64,000 bases of DNA from Acidobacteriota bacterium. GTDB lineage: Bacteria; Acidobacteriota; UBA6911; RPQK01; JAJDTT01. This document shows positions 10,232 through 18,780 of this stretch, in pieces (the stretch's first letter is position 1; every line of letters begins with the position of its first letter). Location of the stretch: contig OZ242374.1 in assembly GCA_965209055.1 (NCBI GenBank), forward strand, positions 2,496,001 through 2,560,000. The letters run 5' to 3'. The notes under the pieces were generated by a model. It had not been told where the DNA came from, did no database searches, and saw only the letters and a program-made list of their open reading frames with translations. The translations under genes were made by a program, and so were the position numbers.

Positions 10232-10612
10232 TTAACATAGCCGAGCTGAAAACCTATGCCATTTTCAGTTACAGCTATTCGTGGCTAGACTTTAAGAGTG
10301 CCGCCGCGCGGTCGGGCGTTTCGTCTGAGATATACGTAGCAACTCATCTTATAACGGAATGGGAAGATCCGTATCGAACTGCGACTGAGCTTAATAGGCC
10401 CATGGCAATAGAAATCGTAGACAACTACATCGCTAAATCTACACCCCTGCCAACATGGATGTCAGCGAAAATCGCAGGCCACAGACAACGGACGTCGGTT
10501 GTCGCGCAACCAGGTCGAATCGGTGAAGACAGATGATTCGTAATCGAATTGAGTTACGGCCGACGTATCAACGTGGGTGGGCTCATACCGTAACAATGAG
10601 TTAGGAGATACC

Positions 10613-11620
10613 ATGCTCGGATTCCTGTTAATGTCTGCCACCATTGTATTTTCAGTCGGAGTGCTGGGAGCTTCATCGAGTGCCTCGACGGTAAGTTCAA
10701 TCGGTATAGAATCAATGTGTGCTGGCGACTTGTTCGCTTGGACTGGGGCGATTCAGAAATTCCAATCTGGACTGCTTGTGCTCGATCAGACAAATCACAG
10801 AATTGTTGTTGTGGGCAATGATGGAACAGCCAAGAATCAGTTCGGGGAGATCGGTCAAGGATACGGGGATCTATTGTTTCCTGAGGCGTTAGCGACGGAC
10901 ACTCATGGGCGCATTTATGTTGTGGACCATGGAAGTTCCTTTATCAAGATTCTTAACGTCGATGGCCAACCGATCACGAGATTTCCTATCGACACTTTCG
11001 TTGATAGCGTGACAGTAAATAGCCGTGGGCACATTCTCGCCAACACACCAAGAAAGGGAAGAATCGTTACCGTATATTCTTTTGACGGGGCTGAGATCAC
11101 GCGCTTTGGGGGACTGATGCCTCTAGATCTGGCGTATCCGGATCAAAACAATGAAGGCAATACAGAACACTGGACAATTCCACTGTCACGGGCGCATGTA
11201 GCAGTTGGTCCAGAAGACGAGATATATGTTGTCTTTAGACATGTGCCGATTGTCCGGAAATACTCCTCTTCAGCTAAGTTATTGTGGGAACACCGCATGA
11301 TGGGAGGGCCGATAGATTCACTCGTGAAGACATTTTGGTCGGAACCCGACTCCATACCTACCACGTCCGCCCGTAACGTGGATGGAGTTCAGTTGAGCAA
11401 CATAGTTATGGACGTTAGTCTGAGCGGTCACGATAATCTGGTGGTCTTGCTTGCTAATGGCGCCTTGTGCGCAATTGATCCTGAGGGGCGTCAGTTGTTA
11501 CTAGCCAAGCTTACGGGCGCCGCTCCACGTGTATATCGCAGTATAACAATCGTCCGGAACTCGTTGGTTCTGGTCGATAGGAGCACATGTTATCGCAGCA
11601 CAACACCCATCGAATTCTGA
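10613..11620 (+). CDS. Secreted 6-bladed beta-propeller (NHL-like) protein
   Basis: RBS AGGAG before ATG 10613; signal peptide; LVLDQTNHRIVV, GEIGQGYGDLLFPEALATDTHGRIYVVD. Confidence 0.8.
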   Translation: MLGFLLMSATIVFSVGVLGASSSASTVSSIGIESMCAGDLFAWTGAIQKFQSGLLVLDQTNHRIVVVGNDGTAKNQFGEIGQGYGDLLFPEALATDTHGRIYVVDHGSSFIKILNVDGQPITRFPIDTFVDSVTVNSRGHILANTPRKGRIVTVYSFDGAEITRFGGLMPLDLAYPDQNNEGNTEHWTIPLSRAHVAVGPEDEIYVVFRHVPIVRKYSSSAKLLWEHRMMGGPIDSLVKTFWSEPDSIPTTSARNVDGVQLSNIVMDVSLSGHDNLVVLLANGALCAIDPEGRQLLLAKLTGAAPRVYRSITIVRNSLVLVDRSTCYRSTTPIEF

Positions 11621-11742
11621 CGTAGTACCGTCTCCCATGAGGAGAAAATATGAAGATCAAGGATGCTGTTGCTAGAAGTCCCCCGCCCTCGCTATGGATA
11701 GAGAGGTTTATCATTCATGCTTTGACGAAGGAGGATAAGATC

Positions 11743-11955
11743 ATGTATTCCATTCCGCGAAAACTGGGAACTGTTTCGTATCTGGCGGTGTGTGTATGTA
11801 TGTTGGTGGTGGGAGCCGCACGGACCAATTCTATCTTGGCTTCCTTTTGTTCTGTCAACTGTTCAGATGGCAGCAGTTGTTCAATTTCATGTAGTAATAA
11901 CGCCAATTGTGGTTGCAGTTGGTGGTCGGGCGCCTACTGTTATTGTGACAGCTAA
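11743..11955 (+). CDS. 70-aa secreted Cys/Ser-rich peptide (candidate precursor)
   Basis: Strong RBS AAGGAGG; Sec-like signal ending ILA; core SFCSVNCSDGSSCSISCSNNANCGCSWWSGAYCYCDS. Confidence 0.85.
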   Translation: MYSIPRKLGTVSYLAVCVCMLVVGAARTNSILASFCSVNCSDGSSCSISCSNNANCGCSWWSGAYCYCDS

Positions 11956-11983
11956 CGACAGCAGCACTACACCGGCATGACAG

Positions 11984-12021
11984 GTGCGGCGGCGGCGATG
12001 CATCGTTCGCCGCCGCCGCAC
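11984..12021 (+). terminator. 15-bp GC-rich hairpin after the peptide gene (mRNA stabiliser or attenuator; no U-tract)
   Basis: GTGCGGCGGCGGCGA-8 nt-TCGCCGCCGCCGCAC perfect inverted repeat. Confidence 0.7.
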
Positions 12022-12085
12022 GTAGCCTAGTGTTCGCACAGGTAGCGAGTTCGGTATTTTGGTCGAAGCAACGGAGCTCGGATCC

Positions 12086-12547
12086 ATGAAGATATATCGA
12101 CGGTCTCCGATCATATTTGGTGTGCTGGCAGTAGCATTGAGTGGGGGGATAACGGTGTTGGTTATGCTCCTCCTGCAGGGTGACGGGCCACATTTGTCAT
12201 TTGATGAGAGGGTTGTCGATTTTGGCACTTTCAATCATGACAGTAAGATCGAACACAAATTCTCTTTTACAAACCGGGGCGATGCGACCCTGAAGATACT
12301 ACGTGTAGTGAGCGACTGTGGTTGCACGGTATCCACGGTAACCTCCAGGCGGTTGGCTCCGGGGGCCTCCGGAGCGATAACTGTTGCCGTCGAGCCACCA
12401 ATCAACGCTCCTGCCTATATAAATGCTCCCGAATCCGAAACTGTGTGGAGAGAGGTCCGGGTGTTCAGTAACGATCCCCAGGAACCATTGCAAGTGTTAG
12501 TGCTCAAAGGTGAGATGGATCGTCGGGATCCTTCTCTTTCTAAATGA
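12086..12547 (+). CDS. DUF1573 Ig-like domain protein, membrane anchored
   Basis: FSFTNRGDATLKILRVVSDCGCT motif; N-terminal TM segment. Confidence 0.85.
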   Translation: MKIYRRSPIIFGVLAVALSGGITVLVMLLLQGDGPHLSFDERVVDFGTFNHDSKIEHKFSFTNRGDATLKILRVVSDCGCTVSTVTSRRLAPGASGAITVAVEPPINAPAYINAPESETVWREVRVFSNDPQEPLQVLVLKGEMDRRDPSLSK

Positions 12548-12574
12548 TCTGCAACCGTAATGGGAGGCTGACGA

Positions 12575-14140
12575 GTGAATATAGGTTGGGTTAAAACAGT
12601 GCTCAGGACAGGTTGGATATCGGGCTTCTGCCTGGTCGTACTGTTCGGACTTTTGGTCCGGACATACAATCTTGGTGAGGCCGGACTATCGTGCAACGAA
12701 TTCGTAACCATACTCACATCACTTCGAGAGGATAGGGAGATAGGCAGCCAATCCAATACACCGTTCACACCAATAACTCTAGATCACGCGGCGGCCACCG
12801 TTACGCCGAGCTCAGATTCCGGAATGCTCAGTGTCGCCGAAGCTGCTAGAGAGAAATGGCAGTTGCCTATGTATTTCTGGATGATGAATGGATGGATTAA
12901 ATTATTCGGAAACTCAGAATTGAGCATCAGGCTGCCTGCGGCACTTATGGGGTCCTTCTCTATCGTCCTAGTGTTTTTGATTTGCAGGCTCATTTTCGAC
13001 ATACGAGTTGCGATTCTTGCTGCTCTCTCCGTCTCCGTCCTGGCAGGTCACATTGAGTTGTCACGAGAAGCGACTTCGCATGTGTTCCTTCTGGGAGTAA
13101 TCCTAGCATCGACATTCTTGGTGCTTGTTTCATGCTTCCAGTCAGCGTCACGTGTTGCATTCGGCGCATACTTGATTACTTCGATCATTGGCATGTTTAC
13201 ACATTATCTCTATCTCCCATACGCTGCCTGTCATGTGATGATCATGCTCTATGGCCTTCGGATGCCAAAGTCACCCATTAATACACTGAAAGCATCGGTA
13301 TCCGTAATAGTATTTTTACTCGGGGTTGTTGGCGTATGCATTATGACACCCTTGTACAGTTCTACGCCATGGCAACATTTGGCACCATTGAAATCGGATA
13401 GTTACATTTACGATGTAGGTAGTGGGGCAGTGGGCGTGATATGGTCCAAGGGCCTGCCCCTTCTCGCAAACTCGTTTGACATTGTTGTCGCGATTACTCT
13501 TATTGTTGTGTCTTTTCGGCTTCTTTCCAAAAGAGAGTCCTCTGCCGTAGTCTTAGGTCTGTGGTTTGCAATACCATTGATCGTTGTTGCGGCGTTGGAT
13601 TTTACCAGTGGGACTGGATTCTTGGGATTGCCGGAATTGTGGATGATACTCGGTTTTCCCGTTCTGCTGGTCATTGCATCGGGCATGGATTGGCTGTTCA
13701 ATAAACCGCTAGGTAGGGAGGCATTGATAGTGTATCTTTCTTGTCTTACCGCTAGTGGCCTGTGGGTCCATGTCAGCGCAACGGATGGACAAGTTGACCA
13801 GCATCGGCAGTTGACGGAGTTTATTGAATCCGTCACGGATACAAATAGCGATGACATCACAATTGTAGAAGGCGGTGAAATCGCCAAGGGAGCAATCGCC
13901 TATTATGCCCGGAGAAATCTGACTATGAAGATATGGGAACCAAACACATTGATGTCACCGTCGAGTTCTGAACTTGATGAGTTTCTTTTGCCCGCTGCCA
14001 TGCGAGGTGCGAAAATTCGATTGGTCACTTTCGGGAATAGCGACGGTAACATAAGACGCCGGGTGGAAGAAGTGGGATTTCGGACCACTGGAGACGACAG
14101 GCGATTTGGCCATGTAAATGTCTATCAATATACATGGTGA
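12575..14140 (+). CDS. GT-C fold glycosyltransferase (GT39/PMT_2, ArnT-like)
   Basis: LVRTYNLGEAGLSCNE, PMYFWMMNGWIKLFGNSELSIRLPAAL, IELSREA; many TM segments. Confidence 0.8.
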   Translation: MNIGWVKTVLRTGWISGFCLVVLFGLLVRTYNLGEAGLSCNEFVTILTSLREDREIGSQSNTPFTPITLDHAAATVTPSSDSGMLSVAEAAREKWQLPMYFWMMNGWIKLFGNSELSIRLPAALMGSFSIVLVFLICRLIFDIRVAILAALSVSVLAGHIELSREATSHVFLLGVILASTFLVLVSCFQSASRVAFGAYLITSIIGMFTHYLYLPYAACHVMIMLYGLRMPKSPINTLKASVSVIVFLLGVVGVCIMTPLYSSTPWQHLAPLKSDSYIYDVGSGAVGVIWSKGLPLLANSFDIVVAITLIVVSFRLLSKRESSAVVLGLWFAIPLIVVAALDFTSGTGFLGLPELWMILGFPVLLVIASGMDWLFNKPLGREALIVYLSCLTASGLWVHVSATDGQVDQHRQLTEFIESVTDTNSDDITIVEGGEIAKGAIAYYARRNLTMKIWEPNTLMSPSSSELDEFLLPAAMRGAKIRLVTFGNSDGNIRRRVEEVGFRTTGDDRRFGHVNVYQYTW

Positions 14141-14225
14141 TATGCCGTGCGTTCGAACGAGTCCGTTGTCCGATCACCCTGTAAGCGCAACATTCACGAG
14201 TAGGAATTTCAGGAGTAGCAGGGCC

Positions 14226-15053
14226 ATGAAAGTAAATGGAACAGTATCCCCGGAACGTAAAGTGGCGATTGTTGGGTTCGCGCCGACAACGAGGCATCAA
14301 GCACCGTTTTTCGACGATGAGTTCGAGATATGGGGGTTGAACGAATTGTACATGTTCATCCCTCGATTTGACAGGTGGTTTGAGATGCATAGGCGTGACG
14401 AATTTGAGAATAGCATAAGAAACAATCGGCACTTGGAGTGGTTGAGGAAGTGTAAGAAACCTATCTATATGCAGGAGCATTTCGATGATATTCCGGGATC
14501 GATTGAATATCCGAAGGAGCGAATGGTCAAGGCCTTTGGAAACTACTTTCGTAGCACTTTCAATTATATGCTGGCCTTGGCAATTGATGAGCAATTCACT
14601 CATATTCACCTATACGGGATTGATTTGATAAGCAAGGGTGAATACATTGAGCAGCGGCCGAGTGGAGAGTACTTTTTGGGTATAGCAAAAGGTAGAGGCA
14701 TTGAAGTCCGTGTTCCCCCCGACTCGTCCCTTCTGAGGGAGGGTGCGTATGGATACGATCAGTATACTGTGGCGGAACAATACGAGATCCGGTTAAACGA
14801 GCTGACAATTCGCAAGCGGAAACTGGAAGGTGATCTCAATCAGGTCATGGGTTCTATTGGAGAATGCCAAGGGCAAACGAAGGTTGGGGCTCCGGGTGTA
14901 TCGTCGGTTACGCAGCTACTGAAGTTGTCGTTAAGTAGTAAACTGCGGCTGAGGATCGAGGCGTTACAGGACCAGCATCGCGTCTTGGCAGCGGAACTCA
15001 ATGTTGTCCTGGGTGCAATTAATGAGTGTAAGTATTGGATGTCACGAGGATAG
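14226..15053 (+). CDS. Putative CMP-nonulosonate-dependent transferase (CstII/GT42-, Maf-like fold) with C-terminal coiled coil
   Basis: RKVAIVGFAPT, EFEIWGLNELY and STFNYMLALAIDEQFTHIHLYGIDL parallel the CstII-type motifs; adjacent to a CMP-NulO synthetase. Confidence 0.55.
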   Translation: MKVNGTVSPERKVAIVGFAPTTRHQAPFFDDEFEIWGLNELYMFIPRFDRWFEMHRRDEFENSIRNNRHLEWLRKCKKPIYMQEHFDDIPGSIEYPKERMVKAFGNYFRSTFNYMLALAIDEQFTHIHLYGIDLISKGEYIEQRPSGEYFLGIAKGRGIEVRVPPDSSLLREGAYGYDQYTVAEQYEIRLNELTIRKRKLEGDLNQVMGSIGECQGQTKVGAPGVSSVTQLLKLSLSSKLRLRIEALQDQHRVLAAELNVVLGAINECKYWMSRG

Positions 15054-15212
15054 ATGTGCCACGTAGTCGGACGGAGTATCTGCAAAGTTGTGAGAATGAG
15101 TGAGCCAAGGATAAAATGTACGCGGCCGTATCCGGCGGGGAAAGGGAGAAACCTGACGGGGGTGGTTGCTGGTGAGGGGTATGTACACAAGTGTGAAAGG
15201 GTGAAGAGCTTG

Positions 15213-15923
15213 ATGAAACCGATTTGCGTGGTTCCGGCTAGGGGCGGGTCTAAGCGACTTCCTCGAAAGAACATAATTGAGCTGGCGGGTAAGCCATTGG
15301 TGGCGTGGGTCATTGGCGCCGCGAGGAGATCCGGCATATTTGCTCATGTATATGTTTCGACCGAAGATGACGAAATCAAGGCGGTTGCCGAGCGTTATGG
15401 CGCGGAGGTCCCGTTCCGACGACCGCGAGACTTGGCGAATGATTCGGTCAGTGCCATAAAAGCAGCTGCACATATGGCTGACACGCTACGCAAGATGGGA
15501 GAAAGGTTTGGAACAGTTTGCGTCAGTGCACCGACCGTACCGCTATTGACGGCAAGAGAGTTTTGCTTCGCCTATGAAATGTTTCGGTCGAGTGGGGCGG
15601 ATGTTCTGTACAGCGTGTGCAAGATGGAAGAGCCACCGCAGTGGGCTCTCAGGCGCAGTGGTAGATGGCTTACACCTTTATTTGACGGCGACAGTTTCGA
15701 AAAGGAGTCGCAAGACCTCGAACCTGCTTACCGAATAGTCGGAGGAATCCAGTTTTTCCGTGCGGATCATCTCAGGCGGAACAGCAATACGTACATAGCC
15801 GATAAAATGATCGGTTACGTGATTGGGCCGGAGATAGGAGTGGAAATCGACACAGCGGAGGATTTACGCAAAGCGCACTATTATCTTCAGCGGCGGGCGT
15901 CGAGGGAGATTGGGTCGATGTGA
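15213..15923 (+). CDS. Acylneuraminate cytidylyltransferase (NeuA/PseF family)
   Basis: VVPARGGSKRLPRKNI, VSTEDDEI, VPFRRPRDLAND, EIDTAEDL. Confidence 0.9.
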   Translation: MKPICVVPARGGSKRLPRKNIIELAGKPLVAWVIGAARRSGIFAHVYVSTEDDEIKAVAERYGAEVPFRRPRDLANDSVSAIKAAAHMADTLRKMGERFGTVCVSAPTVPLLTAREFCFAYEMFRSSGADVLYSVCKMEEPPQWALRRSGRWLTPLFDGDSFEKESQDLEPAYRIVGGIQFFRADHLRRNSNTYIADKMIGYVIGPEIGVEIDTAEDLRKAHYYLQRRASREIGSM

Positions 15924-16071
15924 TGGAATCGCTATGGAGGCGGCGAGTCCATCTGATTTCTGGTGATGAGGGAGAACATGTGTGCTGAAGGCGAGCCTGA
16001 CCGGCGAGAGCGTGTCTAAAGCAGTTTGCTTCCTGGAGGGGGGTGAAGACGTCGGGCTGGAACCTCACACC

Positions 16072-17385
16072 CTACGCCACGGGCAACACTAGCACTGCTC
16101 TGCAGCCCGGCGCCTGCTTCCGGTTGGTCAGGCTAAGGGAGCCGCCGTGGGCTTCGGCGATCTGCCGGGCCAGGACCAGACCGATGCCACTCCCCTGGGG
16201 TTTGGTTGTGAAGAATGGGACGAACAGGTTGGCGGTGTTGGCCAGGCCTTTTCCCTCGTCCTCAACGTAGACTTCCAATTGTTCGCCGACCCGCCTCCAG
16301 CCGATGCTAGCGCCCCCTCCGGTTTCCGATGCCGCGTCAACCGCATTGTGAACCAGATTGATCAGCAACTGCTCCAATTGATCCGGGTCAGCGGGGAATA
16401 GGACCGGTGGCCCGGCGCGAACCACGACCGGCATCCGGGTCTCTAGGCCCACGACCTTCCGGACGGAGTCTTCGATGGAAACCGGGCGCTTGTCCGGGGC
16501 CGGTAACCGGGCGAGCCGGGAGTAGGCACCCATGAACCGGCTCAGAGCCTGGGCCCGCGAGGAAATGACGCGCAGACCTTCCCGCAGGTCATGTTCCCGG
16601 TCCGAATTCGAGATGTCCTGCTCCAAAATGGATTCGAGACTCCCGGCGATGGACTTGATGGGGGTCAGCGAGTTGTTCAATTCATGTCCCAAAACCCGGA
16701 TCAGCCGGCGCCAGGCCTGCCGCTCCTCCTCTCGGAGCGTCTGGTTCAAATCCGTCAGGACCACCAGGTGATGGGGCCGACCCTCCTCGCGAAACACGAT
16801 CCGGTGCATTCCCCAGCGGCCGCTCCCCCCGGGCAATTGGATTTGGAGCGTCTGGACCGGGTCTCCTTTCAAGCAGTCCTTCAGTTTCAGCTCAGCCGCT
16901 GACTTGCCCAACGCTTGGTCTCCCGGAATTCCTAGGAGTCTCTGCCCGGCTCGGTTGATGAGTCGCAGGCACCATCCGTCATCGAACGCGAAGACCGCAA
17001 CGTCGATCTCCTTCATCACCTTCTGCAGCAGGGCGGCCGCCTCGACCGCTCCCAGGCGTTGTCGCCGTAGGACCTCACCCAGAATGTTCAGTTCCGCGGC
17101 AAACTCGCCCAGTCCCTTGTCGGTCCCACTCCGGGCCCGGATGGAGAAGTCCCCTTCTCGAATCGCCGATACCACGTTGGCCAGTGTCTGAAACTGAAAC
17201 GTCAACTTCCGATACAGTAGGATCAGGCCGCCTGACAGGGCTCCCACGGCCAGCAGCGAGAGGCCGTAACGCACTCGGGGATCGTGATCGCCGGTCCAGA
17301 GCAGGACCAGTAGCGCGGCACAGGAGGGGAGGCCGGCGGCAAGAGAGATCAAGATGATCCGCGCCTGAAAGCCCAGCCGATTCAT
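16072..17385 (-). CDS. Sensor histidine kinase (HAMP-PAS-HisKA-HATPase)
   Basis: Two TM segments, LGHELNNSLTPI, LINLVHNA, DEGKG, PFFTTKPQGSGIGL; ATGA overlap with the regulator. Confidence 0.9.
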   Translation of the reverse strand: MNRLGFQARIILISLAAGLPSCAALLVLLWTGDHDPRVRYGLSLLAVGALSGGLILLYRKLTFQFQTLANVVSAIREGDFSIRARSGTDKGLGEFAAELNILGEVLRRQRLGAVEAAALLQKVMKEIDVAVFAFDDGWCLRLINRAGQRLLGIPGDQALGKSAAELKLKDCLKGDPVQTLQIQLPGGSGRWGMHRIVFREEGRPHHLVVLTDLNQTLREEERQAWRRLIRVLGHELNNSLTPIKSIAGSLESILEQDISNSDREHDLREGLRVISSRAQALSRFMGAYSRLARLPAPDKRPVSIEDSVRKVVGLETRMPVVVRAGPPVLFPADPDQLEQLLINLVHNAVDAASETGGGASIGWRRVGEQLEVYVEDEGKGLANTANLFVPFFTTKPQGSGIGLVLARQIAEAHGGSLSLTNRKQAPGCRAVLVLPVA

Positions 17386-18752
17386 AGCCCGAGTTTTTCT
17401 ATGCGCCGGTAGAGGGCGGTTCGGCTCAGCCCCAAGCTTCGAGCGGCGTGGCTCACGTTGCCGCCGACGCGGGCCAGCACCTTGCCGATCAGGACGCCTT
17501 CGGCTTCCTCCAGGGTCATCATCTCCAGCGGATTCGAATCGGGCGAGTCCGCAGGGAGGCTCAGATCCTCCACCGAAATGGAGGACTCCCGGGCAAGTAG
17601 GACGGAGCGCTCCACCACGTGACTGAGTTCCCGGACGTTTCCCGGCCACGAGTAGTGAGCCAGTGCCGCCAGTGCCGGTTCGCCGAATCCTTCCAGATTC
17701 CTCCGGTATTTCTGGTTGTATCGGCCCAGGAAGTGGTTGGCCAACAGAAGGATGTCCTCGCCCCGGTCCCGGAGTGGTGGCAGGTGGATCTCCACTGTGT
17801 TGAGACGAAACAGGAGATCCTCCCGAAACCGGCCGCGGTTCACCTCCTGCTTCAGGTCGGCGTTGGTGGCCGACAGCACCCGCACGTCAACGTTTCTGGT
17901 TCGGGAGGAGCCGACTCGCTGCATCTCTCCGCTTTCCAGGACCCGGAGGAGGTTGGCCTGTTGGCTCACGGGAATGCTGGTGACCTCGTCCAAAAGCAGC
18001 GTTCCTCCGTCGGCCAGCTCGAAGCGGCCGATTCGATCGGTACGGGCGTCGGTGAAGGCGCCCTTGACGTGGCCGAACATCTCGCTGACGAAGACACCTT
18101 CAGAGAGTCCTCCCAGATTGACGGCTACAAGAGGCATTGAGGCGCGAGCGGAGACCGAATGCAGAGTTCGGGCCACCACTTCCTTGCCGGTGCCGTGGTC
18201 TCCTGTGATCAGCACGTGGGCGTCGGAGGGTCCTACCCGGGTGATCAGATCAAGGACGGGCCGCATGACCCGCGACTGTGTGATCAGACGAACGTTTTGC
18301 CGAGAGCGTAGGACCCGGTTCTCCTCCTCCAGACGGCGGCCTAGCCGTAGCGCCCGCCGAATTTCGATCTGGCTCTTCAAGACTATGAGCAGTCGCTCGT
18401 TCTCCCAGGGTTTCGGAATGAAGTCCCGCGCACCGCGCCGCATGGCTTCCACAGCCAGGTCGATTGTGCCCCACGCGGTCATAACGACCACGCGCAGCGA
18501 GCTGTCCACCGACAGCAACTGCGTCAGAAGATCGAGTCCCTCCCGGCCCGAAGTCGTGTCCCGAGCATAGTTCATGTCCATCAGAACGACATCGAGGTCG
18601 AGACGCCGCGCGCACTCCAGGATACGGTCCGGAGTGTCGGCGGTGGTGATTTCGTAGCCCTCGCTCTTTAGCAGGAGGCGGAGGGAAAGGAGCACGTCGG
18701 CCTGATCGTCGGCGATCAGAACGCGGGGTCTTTTGGAACGGGTATTTGTCAT
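17382..18752 (-). CDS. NtrC-family sigma54-dependent response regulator
   Basis: Receiver domain, GDHGTGKE, GAFTDA, LLDE, WPGNVREL, Fis-type HTH. Confidence 0.95.
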   Translation of the reverse strand: MTNTRSKRPRVLIADDQADVLLSLRLLLKSEGYEITTADTPDRILECARRLDLDVVLMDMNYARDTTSGREGLDLLTQLLSVDSSLRVVVMTAWGTIDLAVEAMRRGARDFIPKPWENERLLIVLKSQIEIRRALRLGRRLEEENRVLRSRQNVRLITQSRVMRPVLDLITRVGPSDAHVLITGDHGTGKEVVARTLHSVSARASMPLVAVNLGGLSEGVFVSEMFGHVKGAFTDARTDRIGRFELADGGTLLLDEVTSIPVSQQANLLRVLESGEMQRVGSSRTRNVDVRVLSATNADLKQEVNRGRFREDLLFRLNTVEIHLPPLRDRGEDILLLANHFLGRYNQKYRRNLEGFGEPALAALAHYSWPGNVRELSHVVERSVLLARESSISVEDLSLPADSPDSNPLEMMTLEEAEGVLIGKVLARVGGNVSHAARSLGLSRTALYRRIEKLGL

Positions 18753-18780
18753 CTGGTTCGTTCGTCACGGCGGCAGACAG

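Larger units (their letters stand above)
8264..10536 (+). pseudogene. Membrane-anchored double redoxin/thioredoxin-like protein interrupted by IS5
   Basis: N-terminal TM segment, AhpC/TSA-like segments, CTSC motif; removing the IS restores the frame ...ERTGI-NIAELKTY... (359 aa). Confidence 0.8.

Noticed and set aside
11743-11955. Assigning the peptide to lanthipeptide, ranthipeptide/sactipeptide, thiopeptide, bufferin or glycocin classes
   Set aside because: No LanB/C/M, radical SAM, YcaO, MNIO, GT2 S-glycosyltransferase or C39 transporter in the window; the leader is Sec-like, not double-glycine
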